A stretch of 64,000 nt of DNA, taken from contig CAVPYG010000089.1 in the NCBI GenBank assembly GCA_963709835.1, positions 11,687 through 75,686 of the forward strand. Reading direction: 5' to 3'. The stretch is from an uncultured Acidobacteriaceae bacterium (GTDB lineage: Bacteria; Acidobacteriota; Terriglobia; Terriglobales; Acidobacteriaceae). The notes under the pieces were generated by a model that was not told the DNA's origin, searched no databases, and saw only the letters and a program-made list of their open reading frames with translations. A program made the position numbers and the translations under genes. The first letter of the stretch is position 1, and the number at the start of each line of letters is the position of its first letter. Shown one piece after another: positions 18,876 to 27,972 of the stretch.

Positions 18876-20087
18876 ATGAAGGCATATCTACTGGGCGCTG
18901 GCGCGTCAAAGAGCTACGACGAATCTCCGACCGGTCTCAGGATGCCGTTGGCGCGCGACCTTTTCCAAGTTTTCTCCAAATTGGCGATCCATACGAATCC
19001 GTGGGTGCTAACGGGGGCGATCATGAACTATGTATCGTCTTCACATGGAATTCCGCCGCAAGACTTTTCGGATTTTGCCGATGACATCGAGGAACTGCAC
19101 TCCGAGGTCCAGAACCGTCTGATCGATTCTATTGGCAATTCGGATGAACTGGGGGTCATCGAGCTCGCGGGCATAAGCAACCAACTTGTATTTCTCTTTG
19201 CATCTGTCATTAACGAAATCCAGAACGGGCCAGTGTCAAAGGCCCACTTAGCGATTGCACAGACGCTGGATCCCGAGGACAGGGTTCTGACATTGAATTG
19301 GGATACATTGATGGATCGCGCCCTCGCAGAATCTACAGACTGGCGAACAGATTCCGGGTATCTTGTGAAACCTCGCTTGATTCACCGCGGTGGTTGGGTA
19401 GCAGTTGATTCACAGTCGGCGCCGGTCACAGCTGTGCCGGCGCTCCTGAAACTTCACGGCTCAACTAATTGGATCAGTAGCTACAACATTGTCGAAGGAG
19501 GGAAAATAAGTCTGATCCAGTCGTCCGATCCCAGCAGCTTCTATGTTTACGAATCGGCAGACAAACCCTATGCGACCTTCGCGGGCCGATATATGGCTGG
19601 CTATGCGCCTTTTTCGTACGGCTATTATCCACCCAATATCCCAGACGATTCTGGAAAAAAGGCAAAAGAGGGGCAGGTATTTGTTCGAGCCCGTCCCAAA
19701 TTCCCGTGGATGCCAGAGGGTCCGGCAGAAGACAAGGGTCTTGTTTCAATGCCGCTGATCATACCGCCTGTGAAGGAGAAGACCTACGAGCTTTTCGGCG
19801 TTCTTTTCAAGACTGTTTGGACTGCTGCAGAAGATGCCATCGCAAAGGCAGACCACATCATCATCATAGGCTACTCATTTCCAAGAACCGACCATAAGAG
19901 CAGCGCCCTCTTTGCGCGGGCATTCGCAAGGAGACAATCGATGGCACGCGTATCCATAATCGATCCAGACCCTGACCGCGCCCTCCACAAAATGCGGTTT
20001 GATCTTGGCATTGACGAGGATCGGTTGTCTGTCTATCCTGAACCGTTTTCTAAGGACTTTGATCTCGCCGCGGTCTTTCAATCATAG
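18876..20087 (+). CDS. Stand-alone SIR2-like (SIR2_2-type) domain protein
   Basis: 'LLGAGASKSY', 'LTLNWDTLMDRAL' (catalytic Asn position), 'LLKLHGSTNW' (catalytic His position), 'IIIIGYSFPRTDH'. Starts 16 nt after the polA stop. Visibly lower GC than polA. Confidence 0.7.
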   Translation: MKAYLLGAGASKSYDESPTGLRMPLARDLFQVFSKLAIHTNPWVLTGAIMNYVSSSHGIPPQDFSDFADDIEELHSEVQNRLIDSIGNSDELGVIELAGISNQLVFLFASVINEIQNGPVSKAHLAIAQTLDPEDRVLTLNWDTLMDRALAESTDWRTDSGYLVKPRLIHRGGWVAVDSQSAPVTAVPALLKLHGSTNWISSYNIVEGGKISLIQSSDPSSFYVYESADKPYATFAGRYMAGYAPFSYGYYPPNIPDDSGKKAKEGQVFVRARPKFPWMPEGPAEDKGLVSMPLIIPPVKEKTYELFGVLFKTVWTAAEDAIAKADHIIIIGYSFPRTDHKSSALFARAFARRQSMARVSIIDPDPDRALHKMRFDLGIDEDRLSVYPEPFSKDFDLAAVFQS

Positions 20088-20253
20088 GGATGTTGAGTTA
20101 CTCCTATGGAGTCGAAAACACCCGCAGACAACGTGGAAAGCAATTCCGGTATACTAGGCAGAACGGCAGTCGAGAGCGCCGTCTGCGATGTCGATACCAG
20201 CCGGTTGATACCAGCCGCACGACCATGATTTTCGATTCTGCGGAGGCAGTCGG

Positions 20254-21132
20254 ATGAGTGCAGTCCCTTCCCCGGCATTCGGCGAAACGCCGCAGCGCCT
20301 TTTTCCACGGCGGCCGCTGAACGTGCCCCTGGACTTGATCGCGTTGCGGTCCGGGATCCCGGAAACTTTGCCTGGACGCTGCACCGATCTCAGCGAAGCT
20401 GGAGTGGGCGTGGTGGTGGCGGGAGAACTGGCCGCTGGCCAGCAGGTCGCGCTTGCACTGCGGCTTCCGAACACTGGCGTTGCCATCCAGGCGCGGGCGC
20501 TGGTGCGGTATCAGTCGCGATTCCATTGCGGGCTTGAGTTTGTGGGGCTGGCGGCGGAGCAGCGGGAGGCGATCAGGTATTGGGGTTTCCGCTCCGCTCC
20601 GCAGCCGACGAATTACCGGGATTTCAATCAAGAAAAAAGAATTGCGGGCGCGGAGGCGGAAGCGCCGGTAGCGGTTGTCAGGCGGGACGCGAAACCGCAG
20701 GCCAAAATTCGCATTGGGCGGCGTGGGCTTTACCTGCTGCTCGCCGTCATGCTGGCAGTGGCTGGTCTTGGATGGTGGCAATGGCAGAGGGCGTGGTCCG
20801 AATTGGAAGGGCAGACGCCGGTTGCGGCGGCGGGGTTGCGCGTCTCTCCTGAGGCCGTCTCTGCCGAGACTATGGCGAAACGGATTGTGACCAAGGTCGA
20901 TCCGGTGTATCCGGAGGCGGCGCGAGCGGCGGGGACGCAAGGGATGGTGGTGCTCGATGCGGTGATCGCGCCGGATGGCAGCGTGAAGAGCTTGCGGCCT
21001 CTGTCTGGATCCGATCTGCTGGCGCAGGCGGCGACCGAGGCGGTGCGGGGTTGGAAGTTCGAGCCCTACCTATCCAGGGGCTCGCCAGTTGAGGTTGAAA
21101 CCACGATTGCAGTGGAGTTCCGGCTGAATTGA
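20254..21132 (+). CDS. PilZ domain - TM - TonB C-terminal domain fusion protein
   Basis: N-terminal PilZ-like 'RRPLNVPLDLIAL...GRCTDLSEAGVGVVV', a central TM 'LYLLLAVMLAVAGLGWW', and C-terminal TonB_C 'VDPVYPEAARAAGTQGMVVLDAVIAPDGSV'. Confidence 0.75.
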   Translation: MSAVPSPAFGETPQRLFPRRPLNVPLDLIALRSGIPETLPGRCTDLSEAGVGVVVAGELAAGQQVALALRLPNTGVAIQARALVRYQSRFHCGLEFVGLAAEQREAIRYWGFRSAPQPTNYRDFNQEKRIAGAEAEAPVAVVRRDAKPQAKIRIGRRGLYLLLAVMLAVAGLGWWQWQRAWSELEGQTPVAAAGLRVSPEAVSAETMAKRIVTKVDPVYPEAARAAGTQGMVVLDAVIAPDGSVKSLRPLSGSDLLAQAATEAVRGWKFEPYLSRGSPVEVETTIAVEFRLN

Positions 21133-21141
21133 CGGGGTGCC

Positions 21142-21231
21142 TTCACCACGGAGGCACAGAGAAAAGAAAAATCCTGAATTTGTGAGTTGTGGTTGTGTGT
21201 TTTCTGCGGGCCTCCGTGTCTCCGTGGTGAA
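21142..21231. repeat. Inverted-repeat element between convergent genes (possible bidirectional terminator or REP)
   Basis: 'ttcaccacggag' (21142-21153) is the reverse complement of 'ctccgtggtgaa' (21220-21231). The related 'cacagag' motif also occurs at about 12335-12365. Confidence 0.5.
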
Positions 21232-21380
21232 TGCGCTTTTTTCCAAAGGCTGCCGAGTCGCGGCGGCGATCCAGAATATGCAACTGCGGACTGCCGAGCT
21301 GCGCTCGGCTGGACGGGGCAGAGCCCCGTCACCACACAAGCATCTCCACACTAGCGGCACACGGCGACGGTGATTCCGCT

Positions 21381-23846
21381 TTAATCTCCTTGGTTGATCG
21401 CGAGGACGCGGGGGGTCGGTTCGCTTGGCATTTGTTGGCTCGGACTCCAGCCCAGTACGTGGTAATAGGCTTTCTCGATGGAGCGGGCGATTTCGGGCCA
21501 GAGATACTGGCCCTGGATGCGCTCGCGTTCGCGGGCGGCGGATTGGCGGCGAAGTTCGGGATTGCGGATGAGCAGGTCCAACATGCGTTCCAGATCGGCC
21601 TGGTCGCCGCGATGGAAGGTGAAGCCGGCGCCATCGACCACTTCATTATTTTCGGGAATGTCACTGGTCAAAACGCAGACGCCGGCAGCCATGGCATCGA
21701 GAAGGGCCAGCGAGAGGCCCTCAATTTCCGACGGCAGCACGAACAGGGCGGCATGGGAGAGAAGTTCTTCGAGGTCGCTGCCGGAGACCCAGGGAAGGAA
21801 ACGAATCTGGCCGGACTCGTGGCGGCGGAGGGAGGCGGCGTAGGCGTCGGAGTGACTGGATCCTCCTGCGAGCACCAGCTTCATATCTGTGCGGAGGTTT
21901 TCGAAAGCGTTGATGAGGAGATGGCAGTTTTTTTCCGGCGAAAACCTGCCTAGGAAAAGAACGTAGTTATCCGCGAGAAGGTCCCACTCGATCAGTTTGC
22001 GAGGGAGACGGCGGGGCGCGAGCGCGGCTCCGTTGGGGACGTAGATGGTATCGCGCTGGTGCTGCTGGCGGTAATGCTGTTGCAGGGTGCGGGAGACGAC
22101 CATGGTGGCGTCGGGAGCGGAAACGGCGGCGACTTCTCCCCAGCGCAATATGCGCGCGGCGATGCGGCCCCACTTGCCGCGCTGCCAGTCGAGGCCCTGG
22201 ACGGTGACGACGGTCTTTTTGCCAGCAAGCCGGGGAAGGAAGGAAAACAGCGCCGGGCCGAGGCAGTGGTAATGGACGACATCGTAGTCGGACATCATGG
22301 CATGGGCCGTGCTGAGGAGAGTGTGGACGACAGTTTCCAAATGCTTGGAGCGGATGGTGGGCAAGCGGCGCACCCGCATACCGTTGTGGGTGTTGATGGG
22401 GGGAGTGAAATAGCTGCGGCAATATACGGTGACTTCGTGGCCGAGGCGGGCGAGTTCGTGGCCGGCCTGCTCGTAATAGGATTCGATGCCGCTATATTTG
22501 GAGACCACGCCACGGCCTCCGATGAAGGCGACGCGGACGCTGCGGCGCGGGCATGGAGGTTCCGGGGCGGCGGGGAAGGACAGAATTTTCTTGCTGGAGG
22601 TGAGCCGGTAATAGAGGCTGAGCAGCTTGTCGAGGTGCTGGTCGGGGTCGTGGTTTTCCTTTATGCGACTGCGGGCCGCGGCGCCCATCTTCGCGATGAG
22701 ATCGGGGCGGTCAAAAAGAAATCCGATGGAGTGAGCGAGTTGTTCGCGGTCTCCGTCGGCGTAAAGCAGGCCGGTGACGCCGTGTTGGACGAGTTCGCGG
22801 CGCGAGCCCAGATCGGAGGCGATGACGGGACGTCCCCAGGCGTAGGACTCGAGAATGGATTTTCCCAAAGTCTCGTAGGCGTGGGAGGGGAACACGGAGA
22901 AGCTGCAACCGGCAATGAGGCGCTGGAGTCGCTCGCCATGAACCGTGCCGGTGAACAGGACGTGGATTAAGTTCAATTCTCGCGCCAGCGCTTCGAGGCG
23001 GGGACGCTCGGGGCCGTCTCCGGCAATGATGAGAGGAGTGTGGGGCAAGCGGACCATGGCGCGCAAGAGTTCATAGACGCCTTTCTCGGGGGAGAGGCGG
23101 CCGAAGTAGAGCAGGTAGCCTTCATCGGCGGCGAGGCGTTTATCGTCGGGCAAAGCCTGGGCGGGCAAAGACTGGGCGGGCAAGGCCTGGAAGTGGGGCA
23201 GGACTTCGATGCGTTCGGCGGGGAAGCCGCCGTCGATGAGTTTGTCGCGCGCGAATTCGCTGGGGGCCAGGAACATATCCACGCAGCGGTCATACGTTCG
23301 CAACCATTTGTGGAGATAGGCTTCGGCGGCCAAGACGACGGCGCTGGAACGCGGGCCGGTGTAGCATCCGCGCGTGGCGGCGTGGTGGAAAGCGCCCTGG
23401 CTGCAGAGTTCGCAGGGGCGGGCCTCGGCGACAAGATTGTAGGTTGGGCAAAGAACCTTGAAATCGTTCAGGTGGTAAAGCACGGGAATGCGCTGACGCT
23501 TCAGTTCCCAGAGAATCGAGGGCGAGAGGTGGTGGTAGATTCCGCGGACGTGGGCGAGGTCGGGAGAAAAATCGGCGAGGCAACGGCGCATGGCGAGGCG
23601 GGCCGAGGGTGAATAGAGGGCGTGCGCCGCCATCCTGAGCTTTTTTAGAAAACCGGCGTTCGGGTCCTTGAAGTCAACATAAGGGATGAGATAACTGCGG
23701 CCCGCGAAGGCGGGAGTGTGGCCGTGGGCCATGCTGAAGAGGGCGGTCTCGTGGCCGCGGCGATCCATCTGGTGGATGAGGTCGAAGAGGTAAGCCTCAG
23801 TGCCGCTAAACGGATAGTCGTATTTGTTGCAATACAGGATGCGCAT
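21381..23846 (-). CDS. Fused double glycosyltransferase (N-terminal GT4-like module + C-terminal DUF1972/GT1-type, rhamnosyltransferase-like module)
   Basis: Module 1 'MRILYCNKYDYPFSGTEAYLFDL...FPSHAYETLGKSILESYAWGRPVIASD'. Module 2 'VAFIGGRGVVSKYSGIESYYEQAGHELARLGHEVTVYC...LPSEIEGLSLALLDAMAAGVCVLTSD'. Start at the internal ATG at 23846. Confidence 0.8.
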   Translation of the reverse strand: MRILYCNKYDYPFSGTEAYLFDLIHQMDRRGHETALFSMAHGHTPAFAGRSYLIPYVDFKDPNAGFLKKLRMAAHALYSPSARLAMRRCLADFSPDLAHVRGIYHHLSPSILWELKRQRIPVLYHLNDFKVLCPTYNLVAEARPCELCSQGAFHHAATRGCYTGPRSSAVVLAAEAYLHKWLRTYDRCVDMFLAPSEFARDKLIDGGFPAERIEVLPHFQALPAQSLPAQALPDDKRLAADEGYLLYFGRLSPEKGVYELLRAMVRLPHTPLIIAGDGPERPRLEALARELNLIHVLFTGTVHGERLQRLIAGCSFSVFPSHAYETLGKSILESYAWGRPVIASDLGSRRELVQHGVTGLLYADGDREQLAHSIGFLFDRPDLIAKMGAAARSRIKENHDPDQHLDKLLSLYYRLTSSKKILSFPAAPEPPCPRRSVRVAFIGGRGVVSKYSGIESYYEQAGHELARLGHEVTVYCRSYFTPPINTHNGMRVRRLPTIRSKHLETVVHTLLSTAHAMMSDYDVVHYHCLGPALFSFLPRLAGKKTVVTVQGLDWQRGKWGRIAARILRWGEVAAVSAPDATMVVSRTLQQHYRQQHQRDTIYVPNGAALAPRRLPRKLIEWDLLADNYVLFLGRFSPEKNCHLLINAFENLRTDMKLVLAGGSSHSDAYAASLRRHESGQIRFLPWVSGSDLEELLSHAALFVLPSEIEGLSLALLDAMAAGVCVLTSDIPENNEVVDGAGFTFHRGDQADLERMLDLLIRNPELRRQSAARERERIQGQYLWPEIARSIEKAYYHVLGWSPSQQMPSEPTPRVLAINQGD

Positions 23847-25068
23847 GGTCAGGCTCCGGCTGGGGAATGCGGGCCAGGAATTGCTCGGCAAAAACGCGGA
23901 GATTTTGCTGGCGATTGTAGGAAGCGGCGATGCTGGCCGCGGCCGCATGCTGGACTCCGGCGAGGGAGTCTTTGTTGGCCTGAATCCAACTGACGGCGCT
24001 GACGAAATCGGGCAAAGAGCCCGGTTGGTAGAGGAATCCGGTGCGCTGATGCTCGACCAGCTCGGGAATGCCGGTGATGGCGGGAGCGAGGACGAGTTTT
24101 TCGTGGGCCATGGCCTCCATCAGGACCACCGGGATACCTTCGGTCTTGCTGGTCATGACGACCAAATCGGCGTAGCGGTAATAGCCGTGAAGGTCGGCGC
24201 GAGGCACATGGCCGATCAGGTAAACACGGCCTTCAAGTCCCGCCGCCATGATCTGGCTTTCGAGAGCCGGGCGATCGGGACCCTCGCCGACGATCCAACA
24301 GATAAAGTCGAGGCCCTGGTCGCGGAGCGCGGCGCAGGCCTGGATGAGGAAGCAATAGTTCTTTACTCGATGGAGACGTCCGACAGAAAGGAGACAGAAG
24401 CGGCGGTGATCGGCCTCGGCGGGTGGGGCGGGCGTGGGCCAGGAAAGAACGCGATCGACGCCAAGGCGTTGGACGATGATTTTGTCTGAGGGCGTGGAGG
24501 GGTAGGTGCGGAGAATGTGGCGGCGGTTGAAGTCGGAGACGGTGATGCAAAACTGACAAGCGCGCAGCTTGGCCGCGAGCAGGTCGGCGCGCTGGAGCAG
24601 GTCGGAGCCGTGCAGGGTGAAGCTGAAGCCGATTCCGAGCAGCCGGGCGGCGGACAGGGCCATCCAGGAGGCGAAGTATCCGTGATGAGCGTGGATGTGG
24701 TCGACATTGAGCGGGGCGAGTTGTTCGGCCAGAGCGGCGCCCATGACCGTATGGCCCAGGGTGCGAAGGCGGCGGCCGGCGGAAACTCCGCGCTCGCACA
24801 GCAAGGGGCGCAACAACTGCCAGAGGTTGCGACGGTCGGAGGCGAGGCGGTGCGCGGCGCGCATAAGCTCAGCGTCGGTGAGCGGCTGAAAGAAGCGTGT
24901 TTCTTCCCAGAAAGCGCGTTCCTCTGGGTTGAGATGGTTGGGCGAGACGCGCTTGCCGCTGCAACAGATCACTAGAGCTCCGCAGCGGCGCAGTTCGGTG
25001 ATTTCATCCATCACGTAGGGTTCGACGGGCGAAGGAAACTCGTTGGCGATGTAGGCGATGGTGGTCAT
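23806..25068 (-). CDS. Glycosyltransferase family 4
   Basis: 'IAYIANEFPSPVEPYVMDE' and the EX7E-type 'MTSKTEGIPVVLMEAMAHEKLVLAPAITGIPELV'. ATGA overlap with the upstream Wzy-like gene. Confidence 0.8.
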   Translation of the reverse strand: MTTIAYIANEFPSPVEPYVMDEITELRRCGALVICCSGKRVSPNHLNPEERAFWEETRFFQPLTDAELMRAAHRLASDRRNLWQLLRPLLCERGVSAGRRLRTLGHTVMGAALAEQLAPLNVDHIHAHHGYFASWMALSAARLLGIGFSFTLHGSDLLQRADLLAAKLRACQFCITVSDFNRRHILRTYPSTPSDKIIVQRLGVDRVLSWPTPAPPAEADHRRFCLLSVGRLHRVKNYCFLIQACAALRDQGLDFICWIVGEGPDRPALESQIMAAGLEGRVYLIGHVPRADLHGYYRYADLVVMTSKTEGIPVVLMEAMAHEKLVLAPAITGIPELVEHQRTGFLYQPGSLPDFVSAVSWIQANKDSLAGVQHAAAASIAASYNRQQNLRVFAEQFLARIPQPEPDHAHPVLQQIRLSV

Positions 25069-26417
25069 GCGACGGACTCCTCGGAGGCGCAAAGCATCCC
25101 GGCGACGGTGAATACGAGCCCAATGACGAACTGGTACACCATGTCAACGAAGAAGGCGTTGAAGAGATAAACGCCGAGCAGGATGGGCCAGACTCTTCGC
25201 AGAGAAGCGAGTCTGAGGGAAGCGACGGGGCCGGACTCGCCGGGCGGAGCGCGCCAGGCGAGGCGGAAAAGGTTGAAGAAAAGAATGCAGTAGAGAGCCA
25301 GGCCCGGCACGCCGAACTCAACCAGCAAGGCGAGGTAAGTGTTGTGAACGTAGAAGGTGCGAAGGTGATAGCCCTCCATACGGCGGCCAAGCTCGGCGTA
25401 CATGCCACCGGCAGGCCAGCCGGTGAACGGGCGCTCGCGGAACATGGCCCAGCCGGCGTCGTATACGGCGAGGCGCGCCTCGACTGGGCCGCGCTCGGCG
25501 GTGCGGTCCAAAAGAGCGGACTTCAGGGATTGGTTGCTGAGGCCGATGGCGAGGACGCCGACGAGGGCCGCTATCGCCAACATGACACACACGGCTCGCA
25601 GACGGCGTTCGACGAGGAGGAATCCGAGAGCGATGGTGGAAACGGCGAAAGAGATCCAGACGGCGCGGGTCATGGTGGCGAGCACGGCCAGGGGCAGGGC
25701 CAGCCACAGCAAACCGACGACGAGCTTCCGCTTGAGCGAGAGTGCAAGGACAATGATGCCGAGGATGTTCAAGGAAACGCCGTTGGCCACCGCCTGGAGA
25801 AACGGGCCGCGAGCGCGGTCGGCATGGATGCCAATACTTTCGTCGAGGATGAAACGCGGAAAGATGAGGGAGCGAGCGTCGGCGAGAAAGGCAATGGCGG
25901 TGAACACGAGGTAGGCGAGAGCCAGGATGGCGAAGACTTCGAAATGTTTTCGCTGCGACGGACTGCGAAAGATCAGCACAGCGATGTGAAATAGGGCGAA
26001 GGGAACAATGTACTTGCCGGCGATCATGCTCCAGATTTGTGGGTCGAACGGCTCGCGAAGAACACGGAACACGGCGAGGGCGGTGAGACCGAGCATGGGA
26101 AGGCTGATTCCGGCGAAGAATGGGATTTCTTCGTGGAGAGCCAACATGCGCAGAGCCACGAAAAAGAACAGAATGCCGAAGGCGATGCGGTCGGCGTAAT
26201 AGGAAAACAGTTCTGGCGGCCGGAAGAGGAAGACGGTCATCGCGGCCACATAAAGGATGGAGGGAAAGGCCAATCCCAGGTGGAGGGGGCGAAGCAGCAG
26301 AGCGGCGGCGCGCCAAAGAGGGTTGCCGTCACTGGGCGAGGTTAGGTAGAGACTGGTTAGGGCGGGGCTGGTCATAGCGCGGCTGGACGTGGTTAGTGTG
26401 CCCATGGCGGAAGTCAT
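25065..26417 (-). CDS. O-antigen ligase/polymerase (Wzy-like) family membrane protein
   Basis: Polytopic (about 10+ hydrophobic segments). Wzy_C-like 'YVHNTYLALLVEFGVPGLALY'. Confidence 0.75.
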   Translation of the reverse strand: MTSAMGTLTTSSRAMTSPALTSLYLTSPSDGNPLWRAAALLLRPLHLGLAFPSILYVAAMTVFLFRPPELFSYYADRIAFGILFFFVALRMLALHEEIPFFAGISLPMLGLTALAVFRVLREPFDPQIWSMIAGKYIVPFALFHIAVLIFRSPSQRKHFEVFAILALAYLVFTAIAFLADARSLIFPRFILDESIGIHADRARGPFLQAVANGVSLNILGIIVLALSLKRKLVVGLLWLALPLAVLATMTRAVWISFAVSTIALGFLLVERRLRAVCVMLAIAALVGVLAIGLSNQSLKSALLDRTAERGPVEARLAVYDAGWAMFRERPFTGWPAGGMYAELGRRMEGYHLRTFYVHNTYLALLVEFGVPGLALYCILFFNLFRLAWRAPPGESGPVASLRLASLRRVWPILLGVYLFNAFFVDMVYQFVIGLVFTVAGMLCASEESVA

Positions 26418-27967
26418 GCTCCTTCCGGCGCGAACAGGACGCGGAATGTGGCGGCGAGGATGAGCAGGTCGAGGCGCAGGCTCCAGTTCTCGATGTAGGT
26501 GAGATCAAGATGCATGCCAAGCTCGAACGACGGAGAGCCGCGCGCGGAAATCTGCCACAGGCCGGTGATGCCGGGTTTCACATCCAGACGCCGGAATTGC
26601 TGAAGTTCGTAATGGTCGACTTCGTCGATGGGATGAGGGCGCGGTCCGACCAAACTCATCTCCCCGCAGAGCACGTTCCAGAGTTGAGGAAGTTCGTCGA
26701 GGCTGTAGCGGCGAAGGATATGGCCGATGCGGGTGATTCTGGGATCACCGTCGATTTTGAAGATGGGACCGTCGCGCTGGTTGCGGGCGCGCAAGTCTTC
26801 CTTGAGGTGTTCGGCGTTGGTCACCATGGAGCGAAACTTGTAGCAGCGGAAGCGGCGGCCTTTGGCGCCAGTGCGTTCGGCGGAATAGACGATGGGGCCG
26901 GGCGAATCGAGACGAATGAGCAGGGCGACGATCGCCATCAGAGGACTGGCCAAGGCCAGCGCGAACGCCGAGCCGGCGATATCCAGCAAACGTTTCAGAA
27001 ACAAAGCGGCGCTCGGCGAAGGCTCGCGATGGAGGGTGACGACGGGCACTTCTCCAATGCGATCGATGCCCGAGTCGGGCCATGGACCGGGGGGAAGGTC
27101 GGGCACGGCGCGAATATCCAGATGGTTACGGAAGGCGGCATCGGCCGCTGCTCGCGCCAGGGCGGGCTGGCCGGGAAGAGCGAGAATGACCTCATCGATG
27201 AATTCGGCGCGAGCCAGCCAGTCCAGGTCCGCGATTCGACCCAACACGGCAGGGGAAAGAGGCTGGTCGTCATCCACAAAGCCGCAGACGGTGGCGCGCT
27301 GGAGAGGATCGTTGCGCAGGGCACGGGCGATGGAGCGAGCGACCGGGCCGCCGCCAATGATGAGGATTTTGCGCGACTCGGTTTCGCGGCGCCGGCGCTT
27401 CCAGAGCAACTGCCTCAGCCAGCGCGACAGCGCGAGGCAGGCTAGGCTGGTGGCAAATATTCTGGAGGCGGCGAGGGGATGCATTCCATCCCATGCGGCG
27501 ATAAATACCAGTCCGATCGCGAACAGGGTTGACCTGGCGAGGGCGGAAACGATTCCGGCGGGAGATGGGTCCCCGGCGTGGCTGTAGATGCCCTCACCGA
27601 AACCGAAGAGCGCTACCAGAACCGCAAAAATCGGCAGGTAAGCCCAGGGAAGTCCCCAGGCTGGACAGAACAGAGATAGCGCAGCGCACACCATCACGAG
27701 AACGATCAGGTCGGCGGCCACCAGTTCACACAAGGTGAAGCGATCGACGGAGGGTTGGGAAAGATGTGGTTGAGGATGGGCCCGCGGCTGAGCGTGGATC
27801 GCGGCGATGTCGCCGATGGTGTGGACTGGACGTAAGGGAGTGGCTTCGGCCGCCGGGGCAAATCTGGAAAGAGGCATTGCCGGGGTGCCGGGAATCATGC
27901 GGGCAAACTGCGAGGCGCAATCTTCGGGGCCGTTGTCCCACAGCCGGTTTGTGGTCGAGTCAGCCAT
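26414..27967 (-). CDS. Polyprenyl-phosphate glycosyl-1-phosphate (priming) sugar transferase, WbaP/EpsB-type
   Basis: 'KRLLDIAGSAFALALASPLMAIVALLIRLDSPGPIVY', 'RFRCYKFRSM', 'DPRITRIGHILRRYSLDELPQLWNVLCGEMSLVGPRP'. Start placed at 'MADSTTN' (27967), not at the track's 28399. Confidence 0.85.
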   Translation of the reverse strand: MADSTTNRLWDNGPEDCASQFARMIPGTPAMPLSRFAPAAEATPLRPVHTIGDIAAIHAQPRAHPQPHLSQPSVDRFTLCELVAADLIVLVMVCAALSLFCPAWGLPWAYLPIFAVLVALFGFGEGIYSHAGDPSPAGIVSALARSTLFAIGLVFIAAWDGMHPLAASRIFATSLACLALSRWLRQLLWKRRRRETESRKILIIGGGPVARSIARALRNDPLQRATVCGFVDDDQPLSPAVLGRIADLDWLARAEFIDEVILALPGQPALARAAADAAFRNHLDIRAVPDLPPGPWPDSGIDRIGEVPVVTLHREPSPSAALFLKRLLDIAGSAFALALASPLMAIVALLIRLDSPGPIVYSAERTGAKGRRFRCYKFRSMVTNAEHLKEDLRARNQRDGPIFKIDGDPRITRIGHILRRYSLDELPQLWNVLCGEMSLVGPRPHPIDEVDHYELQQFRRLDVKPGITGLWQISARGSPSFELGMHLDLTYIENWSLRLDLLILAATFRVLFAPEGA

Positions 27968-27972
27968 AGGAT

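Noticed and set aside
20104-20940. 278-aa minus-strand ORF opposite the PilZ-TonB gene
   Set aside because: Arg/Pro-rich shadow ORF. The plus-strand frame has the recognisable PilZ and TonB_C sequence.
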